Of a DNA stretch of 64,000 bases, positions 56,557 through 64,000 are shown one piece after another. Position numbers and translations under genes: made by a program. Source of the stretch: Candidatus Moraniibacteriota bacterium. GTDB lineage: Bacteria > Patescibacteriota > Minisyncoccia > Moranbacterales > GCA-2747515. The stretch spans positions 577,734 through 641,733 of the forward strand of contig CP175956.1 of NCBI GenBank assembly GCA_046116545.1, read 5' to 3'. The notes under the pieces are model-generated. The model ran no database searches. It was not told the origin of the DNA and was given only the letters and a program-made list of their open reading frames with translations. Within the stretch, counting starts at the first letter, position 1. Every line of letters begins with the position of its first letter.

Positions 56557-57137
56557 GTAAAAAAACTTTTTTGAGCAGAATGTATTTTAGTTCAACTTTG
56601 TCAAAAATGTTGTGCGACAAAAAGAGTCTTCAGGCACTTTTTTGTACCTATGGAAGTGTCATGGACTATGAAAAGGGTTGTGTAGAAACAGATGAGGATA
56701 ATCTGAATATAACTATTGTTGCAGACACAGAAGATGGTGTAAGCGCGCGACATCGGGCAGTTAACTCTATGGTGGATTATGCAAATGAAGACTTGACATT
56801 AGCAGCAGAGAAACAACAAGAAATGGAGGATTGTTTTCTGGGTGAAAAAGCTGGTGATTTCTGCAAAGCAGATGATGTTATGTTCGTCGTGTACATGGGA
56901 CTTAATGGCTTTGAAGCAACAGTCCAATTCTTGAATTTTTTGAGAATTAATTATCCGCAGGCGTGTATCATAACATTAACTTGTGATTGTAATATTAATT
57001 ATAAGGAAGCTGCTACAAGGATGCTTCAAAAAACTAATGTAGTTAATGCAAGTTTTGTAACGGGTGACTGTGGTGGTGCTGTTGTGATGAGAGAGATGAT
57101 TAATGACTTGATTGAGGTATGGTCAAATAAATCATGA
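56553..57137 (+). CDS. Hypothetical protein (194 aa), translationally coupled to the upstream gene (ATGA overlap)
   Basis: 4-bp overlap. No family recognised. Confidence 0.45.
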   Translation: MSKKTFLSRMYFSSTLSKMLCDKKSLQALFCTYGSVMDYEKGCVETDEDNLNITIVADTEDGVSARHRAVNSMVDYANEDLTLAAEKQQEMEDCFLGEKAGDFCKADDVMFVVYMGLNGFEATVQFLNFLRINYPQACIITLTCDCNINYKEAATRMLQKTNVVNASFVTGDCGGAVVMREMINDLIEVWSNKS

Positions 57138-57146
57138 ATTAAGGAC

Positions 57147-57190
57147 TAGAGCAATGAATCTATATAGATTTATTGCTCTTTATTTTTATT
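57147..57190 (+). terminator. Rho-independent terminator (tagagcaatgaatcta ... tagatttattgctct + T-run)
   Basis: 15-bp stem with one mismatch followed by TTATTTTTATT. Confidence 0.75.
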
Positions 57191-57217
57191 GACAGTAAAT
57201 ATAATTAGTTGTACATT
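57189..57217 (+). promoter_or_regulatory. Sigma70-like promoter TTGACA-17nt-TACATT upstream of the RT leader
   Basis: -35 at 57189-57194 and -10 at 57212-57217. Confidence 0.5.
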
Positions 57218-57224
57218 ATTGAGC

Positions 57225-57460
57225 AGGAGCCGATTTGTTGGGTTTGTTGATTTTTTACGCGACGCCCATAGAGGCTGTCTGTTATCGGATAGCTAAATAA
57301 GTGTAAGGATGATTCCAAGTATGGCAAAGACTATGCTGACTTAGTTTCTTGCAGAGTAATAAATACGGTGTGTTATTGACAATGGTGAATATCCAAAGCA
57401 CATAACTACCGTGCTAGGGCTCTATGGGAGAAAGAGAATTTATCTTTCTCCCATTTTTTT
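57225..57460 (+). ncRNA. Candidate retron non-coding RNA (msr-msd) / structured leader upstream of the RT
   Basis: ~235-nt untranslated region between promoter and RT RBS. Inverted 9-mers GCCCATAGAG (57264-57273) / CTCTATGGG (57420-57428). Perfect 10-bp hairpin gggagaaaga-gaatttat-ctttctccc (57426-57452). Confidence 0.3.
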
Positions 57461-57497
57461 AAAATAAAGGTACTTTAACATAAAAGGAGATTACAAA

Positions 57498-58529
57498 ATG
57501 ATAAGAGATGATGCGGTTGATATTTTATCAAATTTAATTGATGGGCAATATACATCAGTTCAAATTCATGATGTATTAGATAGTTGGGTGTGTTATCGTC
57601 AATTTTATCAAAGAAAGAAAAGTGGTGCTAAACGATTGTTGAGTGCACCAGATGATTCTTTGAAAAAATTGCAATATTACATTTTACGTTACATTTTATA
57701 TAGATTTCCTGTGCATAAAAATTTGTATGGATTTGTGCCAGGTGTCACCATGAAAGATGGCGTGTATACACATTTACTCAATCAGCACACAAGAGATGGT
57801 GGTATGCCGCGGTGGATATTGCATATTGATTTGAAAAACTGTTTTCCATCTGTGAAATCAGAAATTTTACAAAACATGTTTGAAGATATGTCTGCAGGCT
57901 TACTGTATGAATATGGCGTGCACAATACAGATGTATTTCTAGAGTTTTGTCGTATTATGGTAGAGCTTACTACATACAAAGGTAGGTTGACTCAAGGAGC
58001 ACCAACATCACCTTATTTGACGAATCTTGTAATTTCATGGTCGGGTATTGCAGATAATTTAGATGCTTATTGCAGAGAAAATAAATTACATTTTTCTATA
58101 TACGCAGATGATATCGTAGTATCTTCAGTGAATCATGAACAAATATCAAAACGTCAAATAATTAAATGTGTAGAAGCAAATAAAATATTTAGGGTTAATC
58201 CCAAAAAAACGCATTTAAACAATGTCAGACATAGATCACATTGTATTACAGGAATAATAGTTCACACACCTATAGTTGGTGTTGATAAGTGTGCCAGACT
58301 GACTCTTTCACAAAAAAAGCAGAAGTTTTATCGTGGTAGAATTTGGTATGCTACACGTTTTTTGCAACAAGGATATGAACCAAGTATACAGAATGATGGT
58401 ATTTCTGTAGAGCAGGTTAGGGGTTATATTGCGTGGATACGTCATGTCTGTGGTGGACATATCCCATCAAGCCTACAAAAACCAATTAGTTACTTTGAAA
58501 AAATCACAGCAACTTTAAATGACATCTGA
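57498..58529 (+). CDS. Retron-type reverse transcriptase (343 aa)
   Basis: RT motifs RLLSAPDDSLKKLQ (1), ILHIDLKNCFPSV (2), LTQGAPTSPYLTNLV (4), FSIYADDIVVSS (5, YADD), plus the retron-typical ITGIIVH (VTG) region. No maturase/X or endonuclease domain. Confidence 0.75.
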   Translation: MIRDDAVDILSNLIDGQYTSVQIHDVLDSWVCYRQFYQRKKSGAKRLLSAPDDSLKKLQYYILRYILYRFPVHKNLYGFVPGVTMKDGVYTHLLNQHTRDGGMPRWILHIDLKNCFPSVKSEILQNMFEDMSAGLLYEYGVHNTDVFLEFCRIMVELTTYKGRLTQGAPTSPYLTNLVISWSGIADNLDAYCRENKLHFSIYADDIVVSSVNHEQISKRQIIKCVEANKIFRVNPKKTHLNNVRHRSHCITGIIVHTPIVGVDKCARLTLSQKKQKFYRGRIWYATRFLQQGYEPSIQNDGISVEQVRGYIAWIRHVCGGHIPSSLQKPISYFEKITATLNDI

Positions 58530-58554
58530 ATCTCAGATGTCATTTTTGATTTTT
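58519..58554 (+). terminator. Rho-independent terminator spanning the RT stop codon (atgacatctga-atc-tcagatgtcat + TTTTGATTTTT)
   Basis: Perfect 11-bp stem. Its left arm supplies the spurious ORF-track ATG 58519 for recQ. Confidence 0.75.
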
Positions 58555-58584
58555 AAACAGATAGATTGTATTATAGTAATTACT

Positions 58585-60723
58585 ATGCAAAAACTTTTGA
58601 AAAAACATTTTGGACATGAAGATTTTCGTAGCGTACAAAAAGATGTGATTGATCATTTTGTAGCAGGAAATGATGTGGCAGTTATTATGCCTACTGGTGG
58701 TGGTAAGTCACTTTGTTTTCAGCTACCTGCTGTTATGCGTGACGGAGTTACTATTGTTATATCTCCACTTATTTCACTTATGAAAGATCAGGTGGATGCA
58801 CTAAATGCAAATGGTATAGCAGCGACGATGCTTAATTCATCTGTATCACATGAAGAGCTAGACCAGAGAATGCAACTAGCACAAATGGGAGGATATAAAC
58901 TCATATATCTCGCACCAGAGAGACTTTCAAATGATTATATACAAAACTGGCTAGGCAAGATAAACATCACAGCGCTTGCAGTTGATGAGGCTCATTGTAT
59001 TTCACAATGGGGACATGATTTTCGACCAGACTATAGAAATCTAAAGCTATTTCGCCAGAGATTTCCACAAGTCCCTATTATAGCTTTAACAGCGAGTGCA
59101 ACTGAGCGTGTGAGAGAAGATATTGTCAAAGAGTTAGCACTTACAAATCATAAGGTTTTTGTATCTGGATTTTATCGTGAAAACTTAAATATTACAGTAA
59201 TGCCAAAGTCTGGTGCAAATGACAAAATTTTGCATTTTGTAGAAAAATATAAAAATGAATCAGCAATTATATATTGTTTTTCTCGCAAAGAAACAGAAGA
59301 ACTTGCAGAAGTATTAAGAGAGGAAGGCATAAATGCAGGAGCTTATCATGCAGGGCTTACACAAGAAAAAAGAACTGAAGTGCAAGATGCATTTGTGCGA
59401 GATGATATAAATGTAGTGGTGGCTACAATTGCTTTTGGTATGGGGATAGATAAGCCTGATGTACGATTGGTGATGCATAAGACGTTTCCAAAAACTATCG
59501 AAGGATACTATCAAGAGATTGGGAGAGCTGGTCGTGATGGTTTACCAAGTGAATGCGTGATGCTCTTTTCTGCTGGAGATAAGATGAAATTAGATTATTT
59601 TCTCAGACAGATGGATGAGGCTAGGCGACAAAGTGAAGAAAAGAAGATTAGAGAGGTGATAGATTATGCAGAATCTAGAATTTGTCGTTGGCAATGGCTT
59701 ACTAGTTATTTTGGACAAGGTGGACTCCCAGCTTGTGGTACTTGTGATGTATGTACATCAAATGACGAAACAGAAGATGTGACAGAACTAGTACAAAAAA
59801 TTCTATCCGCAGTAGTAAGAACAGGGAATACTTTTGGCAAAGGTCATGTTGTAAAAGTGCTAAGGGGTTCACGAGATAAAAACGTACTTAGTAGGGGGCA
59901 TGAAGAGTTAACTGTGTGGGGAATTGCAAAAGAATATTCCACAGCAGAACTCATGGAGGTAATGACACATCTAGTAGCTCGAGGATTGATGGTACGGAAT
60001 ACTGGAGAATATGAAACATACAGAGTATCACAAGTAGGTGCAGATTTTTTGAATAATAGAGAATCAATAGAATTACCAAAGATAAAGAAAGAATATAAAT
60101 ATATTAGTTCAAATAGTCAAAAGCAAGAACTTGATTATAACAAGGAAATATTTGAAGCGCTTAGGGAATTAAGAAAAGAAATTGCAGATGATGTAGGTGT
60201 ACCAGCATTTGTGATTTTTGGGGATGTTTCACTGCAGGAGATGGCATATTATTTACCAACATCAAGAATTGCATTTTCAAATATATCAGGAGTAGGAGCT
60301 CAAAAATTGGAAAAATATTCAGAAACATTTACAGAATTTATAAGTGAACTAAAACAAGAAAAAGGACTAGAAAGCAAAGAACATAAAAAAAATAGAAAAC
60401 CAAAAAAATCAAAAGGAAATACATCCTCAGCAAAGCAACTACGATTGAATAGAACAAAAGAAATGCTGGAAGATAAATTATCAATGGAAGAAATGTCTGA
60501 AGAATTACAATTAGCACAAAGAACTATTATAAATTATATAGAAGAAATAGCAGAAAAAAATGATGTAGATGTAGAATATTTACTACCAAACAAAAAAGTA
60601 CAAAAAGAAATTAAAGAAGCATTCAAAAAACATGGCAATGATGCGCTTAGACCAATATTTGACCATTGTAATGAAAAATATAGTTATGATGAGATAAAGT
60701 TGGTTCAAATTGCAGATTTGTAA
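58585..60723 (+). CDS. recQ: ATP-dependent DNA helicase RecQ (helicase core, Zn-binding, RQC, HRDC, C-terminal HTH-like extension)
   Basis: MQKLLKKHFGHEDFRSVQ N-terminus, Walker A PTGGGKSLCFQ, DEAH VDEAHCISQWGHDFRPDY, Zn-finger CRWQW...CGTCDVC and HRDC FGDVSLQEMAYYLP. Start moved to ATG 58585. Confidence 0.85.
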   Translation: MQKLLKKHFGHEDFRSVQKDVIDHFVAGNDVAVIMPTGGGKSLCFQLPAVMRDGVTIVISPLISLMKDQVDALNANGIAATMLNSSVSHEELDQRMQLAQMGGYKLIYLAPERLSNDYIQNWLGKINITALAVDEAHCISQWGHDFRPDYRNLKLFRQRFPQVPIIALTASATERVREDIVKELALTNHKVFVSGFYRENLNITVMPKSGANDKILHFVEKYKNESAIIYCFSRKETEELAEVLREEGINAGAYHAGLTQEKRTEVQDAFVRDDINVVVATIAFGMGIDKPDVRLVMHKTFPKTIEGYYQEIGRAGRDGLPSECVMLFSAGDKMKLDYFLRQMDEARRQSEEKKIREVIDYAESRICRWQWLTSYFGQGGLPACGTCDVCTSNDETEDVTELVQKILSAVVRTGNTFGKGHVVKVLRGSRDKNVLSRGHEELTVWGIAKEYSTAELMEVMTHLVARGLMVRNTGEYETYRVSQVGADFLNNRESIELPKIKKEYKYISSNSQKQELDYNKEIFEALRELRKEIADDVGVPAFVIFGDVSLQEMAYYLPTSRIAFSNISGVGAQKLEKYSETFTEFISELKQEKGLESKEHKKNRKPKKSKGNTSSAKQLRLNRTKEMLEDKLSMEEMSEELQLAQRTIINYIEEIAEKNDVDVEYLLPNKKVQKEIKEAFKKHGNDALRPIFDHCNEKYSYDEIKLVQIADL

Positions 60724-60725
60724 TA

Positions 60726-60760
60726 GGTTGGCCCTATGGGAGGAAGTTTGAACTTTTTTA
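60726..60760 (+). repeat. Family-B short repeat, copy B1 (GGTTGGCCCTATGGGAGGAAGTTTGAAC)
   Basis: One of 4 copies of TTGGCCCTATGGGAKGARGTTCGAAC in 3.1 kb, all in the same orientation. Confidence 0.8.
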
Positions 60761-60828
60761 TGTAATGAATAGGATATTATGGCAAATTTTGATATAATTG
60801 GGGCATATAAATAATAACTTAATTATAT

Positions 60829-61173
60829 ATGAAACTTGATTCAGCTGTTTTTTATTCAAATAATCTTAATGTCACAATTCCTTTTTATAGAGATGTTTTA
60901 GGTTTGGATGTTAATTATATTCAAGAAAATAGATTTGCATCTTTTAATTTTGAGAATGGAAAAATTGGAATTAAGCAGAAAAAAGAAGATAGAGAAATTC
61001 CAGGACATCAAACAGTTTTTGTAGAAGTAGATAATATAGAAGAGGTATATAAAAAATTTCAAGAAAGAGGTATCATTTTTTTGAAAAAACTTACTAGGGA
61101 AGATTGGGCTATCAACTTTAGTTTGTTAGATCCAGACAAAAACAAAATTCAATTTATTTCAAATCAAATATAA
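60829..61173 (+). CDS. VOC/glyoxalase-bleomycin-resistance family protein
   Basis: FYRDVLGLDV and the paired betaalphabetabetabeta layout. 114 aa. Confidence 0.6.
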   Translation: MKLDSAVFYSNNLNVTIPFYRDVLGLDVNYIQENRFASFNFENGKIGIKQKKEDREIPGHQTVFVEVDNIEEVYKKFQERGIIFLKKLTREDWAINFSLLDPDKNKIQFISNQI

Positions 61174-61176
61174 AAT

Positions 61177-61206
61177 CAAAACCACCTTGCAAAGAGGTGG
61201 TTTTTG
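61177..61206 (+). terminator. Rho-independent terminator (aaaccacctc-tttgcaaa-gaggtggttttt)
   Basis: 9-bp stem + TTTTT. Confidence 0.8.
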
Positions 61207-61214
61207 TAAATAAT

Positions 61215-61250
61215 CAGTTAGTCCTATGGGATGAGGTTCGAACGGTTTTA
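61215..61250 (+). repeat. Family-B short repeat, copy B2 (TTAGTCCTATGGGATGAGGTTCGAACGG)
   Basis: See B1. Confidence 0.8.
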
Positions 61251-61288
61251 TTGTAATAAATATACAATTTATTTTTTTAGTATGAAAA

Positions 61289-61320
61289 AGCGATAGCTGA
61301 CTATTATGTCAGCTATCGCT
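61289..61320 (-). terminator. Minus-strand terminator for gene 61353..62483 (agcgatagctgaca-ta-tgtcagctatcgct, T-run on minus strand)
   Basis: 14-bp perfect inverted repeat. On the minus strand it is followed by TTTTTCATACTAAAAAAA. Confidence 0.7.
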
Positions 61321-61352
61321 TGGGGGTTCATTTTTTTGCTTAAGTTCTTACT

Positions 61353-62483
61353 TTAAGCAAAAATCTCTCTTCGTGCAGAATCAAAAATACCAAATTCTTC
61401 AAGTAATGCTATCTTCAGATGAGATGGAGCATGCTCAAATATAACATCTTCTTCAGTTAGGGCATCAGGCAAAACTTGAAGCATTAAACCTGTATATCCT
61501 TCAGCAACTTCTGCATCGTCTGATTTTGACAATTTTAAGATGTATTCAAGGTGGTTTCCTATTTGTGTAGGATTGTACTCTTGCAATACCTTCAATACCA
61601 ATTGCGCAGAAACATGTTTAGTCTGCTTGAGTTCGTGGTTATAACAAGTCGTCTCTTCATCCTCTAACTTTTCAATAGATAGTAGGTAGTTCAGATTTGA
61701 TTCCAAATCTCTTGTGTGTATCTCCATCAGGAGTGTCTTAATTCTTTTTTCATTGGCATCATCTGAAGCTCCTCCGATAAGATAACACTCAAAAAGATAC
61801 TTAATATGATCAGCCAAGTTCTCTTTCGGGAAGACATCTGACATTAGCACTTGTAAAACTAACCTTATAGAAGTCCTCTGTGCTATTGTGTCATATTCAT
61901 TTTTGCGAGCAACCAATTCATCAAACTGCGCAATAATATACCCTGAGGGTACTTTATTTATCAATTTCACAGTTATAGCTTGATGCTCACGTTGTTCACC
62001 ATCAAGCCATTGACAAGTAATAAGGTCCTGTAAGATATCACCAAGTTCCTCCGGAGAGAAATCAGCAACAGCCTTCAAGTAAGCTTTACCTAAGTGAGAC
62101 TCAAAATATTGATGCTCCCCAATATCATATCTCCAATACTTTGTAAGCAATGTTAAATCATCCTTAGTAAACATTTTGGCTGGTATTTTTTGAACCCACC
62201 AAAACAATTTATTTGCAAGTAAGTCAGGTAGCGCGTAGTATAGCTCTTCTCCAGAGACGTAGCCATCCAGTAATATTTTTGATAATTTGTTAACAGAAGG
62301 GTCTTCAGATTTCATACCACCTATAAGTGTCTTGATACATTCGATGTTGTTAACCTCAAATTTTAAAGATAACTTATTTTCTGGTGTCAGCGTTTCCAAA
62401 ATATGACTAACAACCATTGCGCCTTTTTCACCTTCTGCATTTTTTGCAAATAACTTTTTGACAATACTCATTTCACCCTCCAT
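61353..62483 (-). CDS. Hypothetical all-alpha (HEAT/ARM-like?) protein, 376 aa; visibly more GC-rich than its surroundings
   Basis: Long ORF on the minus strand between B2 and B3. No motif recognised. Confidence 0.45.
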   Translation of the reverse strand: MEGEMSIVKKLFAKNAEGEKGAMVVSHILETLTPENKLSLKFEVNNIECIKTLIGGMKSEDPSVNKLSKILLDGYVSGEELYYALPDLLANKLFWWVQKIPAKMFTKDDLTLLTKYWRYDIGEHQYFESHLGKAYLKAVADFSPEELGDILQDLITCQWLDGEQREHQAITVKLINKVPSGYIIAQFDELVARKNEYDTIAQRTSIRLVLQVLMSDVFPKENLADHIKYLFECYLIGGASDDANEKRIKTLLMEIHTRDLESNLNYLLSIEKLEDEETTCYNHELKQTKHVSAQLVLKVLQEYNPTQIGNHLEYILKLSKSDDAEVAEGYTGLMLQVLPDALTEEDVIFEHAPSHLKIALLEEFGIFDSARREIFA

Positions 62484-62561
62484 GAAGTTTTGTTATTCTT
62501 CCATTTAGTGGTGGAAGAAATTTGTTTTTTTATGAGACAGCTTTTGTTGCCTATTTTTAAA

Positions 62562-62587
62562 AGAACTATTCAATTATGAATAGTTCT
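62562..62587. promoter_or_regulatory. Candidate operator: perfect 10-bp inverted repeat AGAACTATTC-aattat-GAATAGTTCT, ~80 bp upstream of the minus-strand gene start
   Basis: Perfect dyad with 6-bp spacer in the promoter region of gene 61353..62483. Confidence 0.4.
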
Positions 62588-62716
62588 TTAGGTTATAACA
62601 GGAACTGGTTTGTGTCAATTCAAGGTTCAGGAATCATAATTTCTGAAAGCATATTATATCTGGTAGATTTATTTGAGACTACCGGGTTTTTAAATTTTAA
62701 AAACACAAAAAATCGA

Positions 62717-62750
62717 ATTGGCCCTATGGGATGAGGTTCGAACACTTTTA
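62717..62750 (+). repeat. Family-B short repeat, copy B3 (TTGGCCCTATGGGATGAGGTTCGAACAC)
   Basis: See B1. Confidence 0.8.
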
Positions 62751-62934
62751 AATTCAGTTTTGAAGTAGAGAATAAGTAGTAAAGGTTGTTAACAAAGGTT
62801 TCATCAAAAGATTTGGATTAGAATTTAAGTCATATGAGTTGACAAGTTGATGAATTTGTGACATAGTTAGATGTTGATTAAAATCAACTATTATGTGTAA
62901 TTTATACATGATAAAATTAGGAATTCTTTAATAA

Positions 62935-63720
62935 TTGGGAGATATTATGAAAAAGACATTGTTAAATGTATTAACTTTGTGTTTGTGTGGTTTGTTGTTG
63001 GCTGGATGTTCTGACGATTCTGTTGATTCTGATACCATTGGTTATCAGAGACCGCCAACTAAACAATTGGTACAATTCTTGGATGACATGGATCAATGGA
63101 TTGAGAATCAACCTGAAGACATTTCTTCAGAACAGTTCTTAGTGGAGGTTTACAGAATTTGGCCTGATATCGACCAGGAAATTTTGCAAAACTTGCGTGC
63201 CGAAAAGGTGATTGCTGAGGGCGAGTTACCTCGCATAGAATATCATTTTTTCAAAGATGGTAAATGCGATATGCAAGATGAAGACGGCGCTTATGTGCCC
63301 GTGCGTTTAGTGAGAGCAAATAAATTTGCTTTGAGACTTATACGTGAGGGTGTTGAAGATTCTTGGATTAGTTTGGCATGTCTGAATGGTATGCTAAATC
63401 TTGATAGAGAATCGGATGTAAATGCTATTGCTAGAATGGAGTTTGAGATTGGACCTGGTAAAGGACTATCTTACTACACTCAGGACAATTTACTCAGCAT
63501 TAGAATAGCTGAAGTATTTGGTCTTTGGTTATTTGAAGGCAAGGGCTACAATAAGCGGATTACGCCAGAAAAAGCTAGAGACATCGTAACTGCTGTTAAG
63601 CAAGTAACGGTTAAAGTGAAAACTGGCTGGAAATTTCGTATCAACGGCATAGATGATATGCAAATTTTTCTTCCACAGGAAGATTGGATGAGTCCTGAGG
63701 AATTTAAACAAAAACATTAA
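62935..63720 (+). CDS. Lipoprotein, hypothetical (lipobox LAGCSD); relatively GC-rich
   Basis: MKKTLLNVLTLCLCGLLLAGCSDDS. Confidence 0.5.
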   Translation: MGDIMKKTLLNVLTLCLCGLLLAGCSDDSVDSDTIGYQRPPTKQLVQFLDDMDQWIENQPEDISSEQFLVEVYRIWPDIDQEILQNLRAEKVIAEGELPRIEYHFFKDGKCDMQDEDGAYVPVRLVRANKFALRLIREGVEDSWISLACLNGMLNLDRESDVNAIARMEFEIGPGKGLSYYTQDNLLSIRIAEVFGLWLFEGKGYNKRITPEKARDIVTAVKQVTVKVKTGWKFRINGIDDMQIFLPQEDWMSPEEFKQKH

Positions 63721-63740
63721 TTGCAGGAAATCTGCGAAAA

Positions 63741-63771
63741 GCAATTCACTCAAATGAGAGAATTGCTTTTT
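63741..63771 (+). terminator. Rho-independent terminator (gcaattc ... gaattgc + T5)
   Basis: Stem + TTTTT. Confidence 0.7.
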
Positions 63772-63788
63772 AATTTGTCAAAATATAG

Positions 63789-63823
63789 AGTTGGCCCTAT
63801 GGGAGGAAGTTCGAACACTTCTA
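63789..63823 (+). repeat. Family-B short repeat, copy B4 (GTTGGCCCTATGGGAGGAAGTTCGAACAC)
   Basis: See B1. Confidence 0.8.
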
Positions 63824-63908
63824 TTGCAATAGTAATGGATATTTGATAGTATTTAGTATCGTTTATTTAACATATTGATAAGTCATCATTCAAAATAAGG
63901 AGTAGAGA

Positions 63909-64000
63909 ATGAAAAATATTAACCCAAAGGTGTTTTGGAGTGCTTTTCTATTCATAGGCTCCATTATCGGTGGACTAGTATTTGTTATGGTCGGTGTAGT
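63909..64000 (+). CDS. 3-prime-truncated CDS: membrane protein N-terminus
   Basis: RBS AAGGAG 7 nt upstream. MKNINPKVFWSAFLFIGSIIGGLVFVMVGV. Confidence 0.35.
   Translation, partial: MKNINPKVFWSAFLFIGSIIGGLVFVMVGV

Noticed and set aside
57498-58529. RT as part of a diversity-generating retroelement (common in small-genome episymbionts) or a group II intron
   Set aside because: Motif 4 is QGAPTSP (retron/group-II type), not the DGR-type SQ motif. No template/variable repeat pair is visible nearby. The protein is too short (343 aa) and lacks the maturase/X and En domains. No domain V-like structure was spotted.
58585-60723. RecQ as the retron effector
   Set aside because: A strong intrinsic terminator separates it from the RT, and the protein has a complete housekeeping RecQ domain set. 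Treated as the chromosomal recQ, though functional linkage is not excluded.
60726-63823. Integron-like attC sites separating cassettes
   Set aside because: The 30-bp repeat lacks the R-double-prime/L-double-prime ... L-prime/R-prime architecture and the GTTRRRY core. There is no intI or Pc/attI in the window. Retained only as a generic cassette-junction repeat.
1-64000. Alternative genetic code (UGA=Gly, code 25) as in some candidate phyla
   Set aside because: Recognisable genes (copA, clpC, recQ, lepA, the 6.6-kb surface-protein gene) are intact and end at plausible positions under code 11, including TGA stops followed by terminators.

Overview
AT-rich (roughly 30-35% GC by eye) bacterial chromosomal segment, standard genetic code (long ORFs intact with TGA stops), coding density above 85%.

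Recognisable core genes: xth, trmB, engB, comFC, clpC, efp, rpsF-ssb-rpsR, lepA, mreB-mreC-mreD-mrdA, recQ, a CDP-alcohol phosphatidyltransferase and a MacAB-like ABC efflux set. An unusual share of the window encodes very large secreted or surface proteins: a 2215-aa SBBP beta-propeller-repeat protein, a 1060-aa Cys-rich protein, an NlpC/P60-like hydrolase and a PLA2-like mini-protein. This, plus low GC and small genes, is compatible with a CPR/Patescibacteria-like episymbiont, but that is inference only.

The most unusual content is structural. (i) Positions ~0.5-13.4 kb are a chain of gene cassettes separated by copies of a ~100-170 bp intergenic repeat. The repeat has inverted GTTCGAAC / GTTCGATCC-like ends, an internal terminator hairpin and, in two copies, an outward sigma70-like promoter. 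The cassettes carry two divergent SF2 (ResIII-like) helicases sitting in near-identical 5-prime and 3-prime regulatory frames but with completely different C-terminal tandem-repeat domains. They also carry a MerR-controlled copper module (merR-family regulator / HMA membrane protein / copA). (ii) Positions 55.9-63.8 kb hold a retron-type reverse transcriptase with a structured upstream leader (candidate msr-msd) and two co-located unknown genes. A second mini-array follows, made of three cassettes separated by a 30-35 bp repeat (TTGGCCCTATGGGAKGARGTTCGAAC) that resembles the right end of the first repeat family.

No rRNA, tRNA or CRISPR array was found. Most product calls rest on motif recognition by eye and need HMM or BLAST confirmation.
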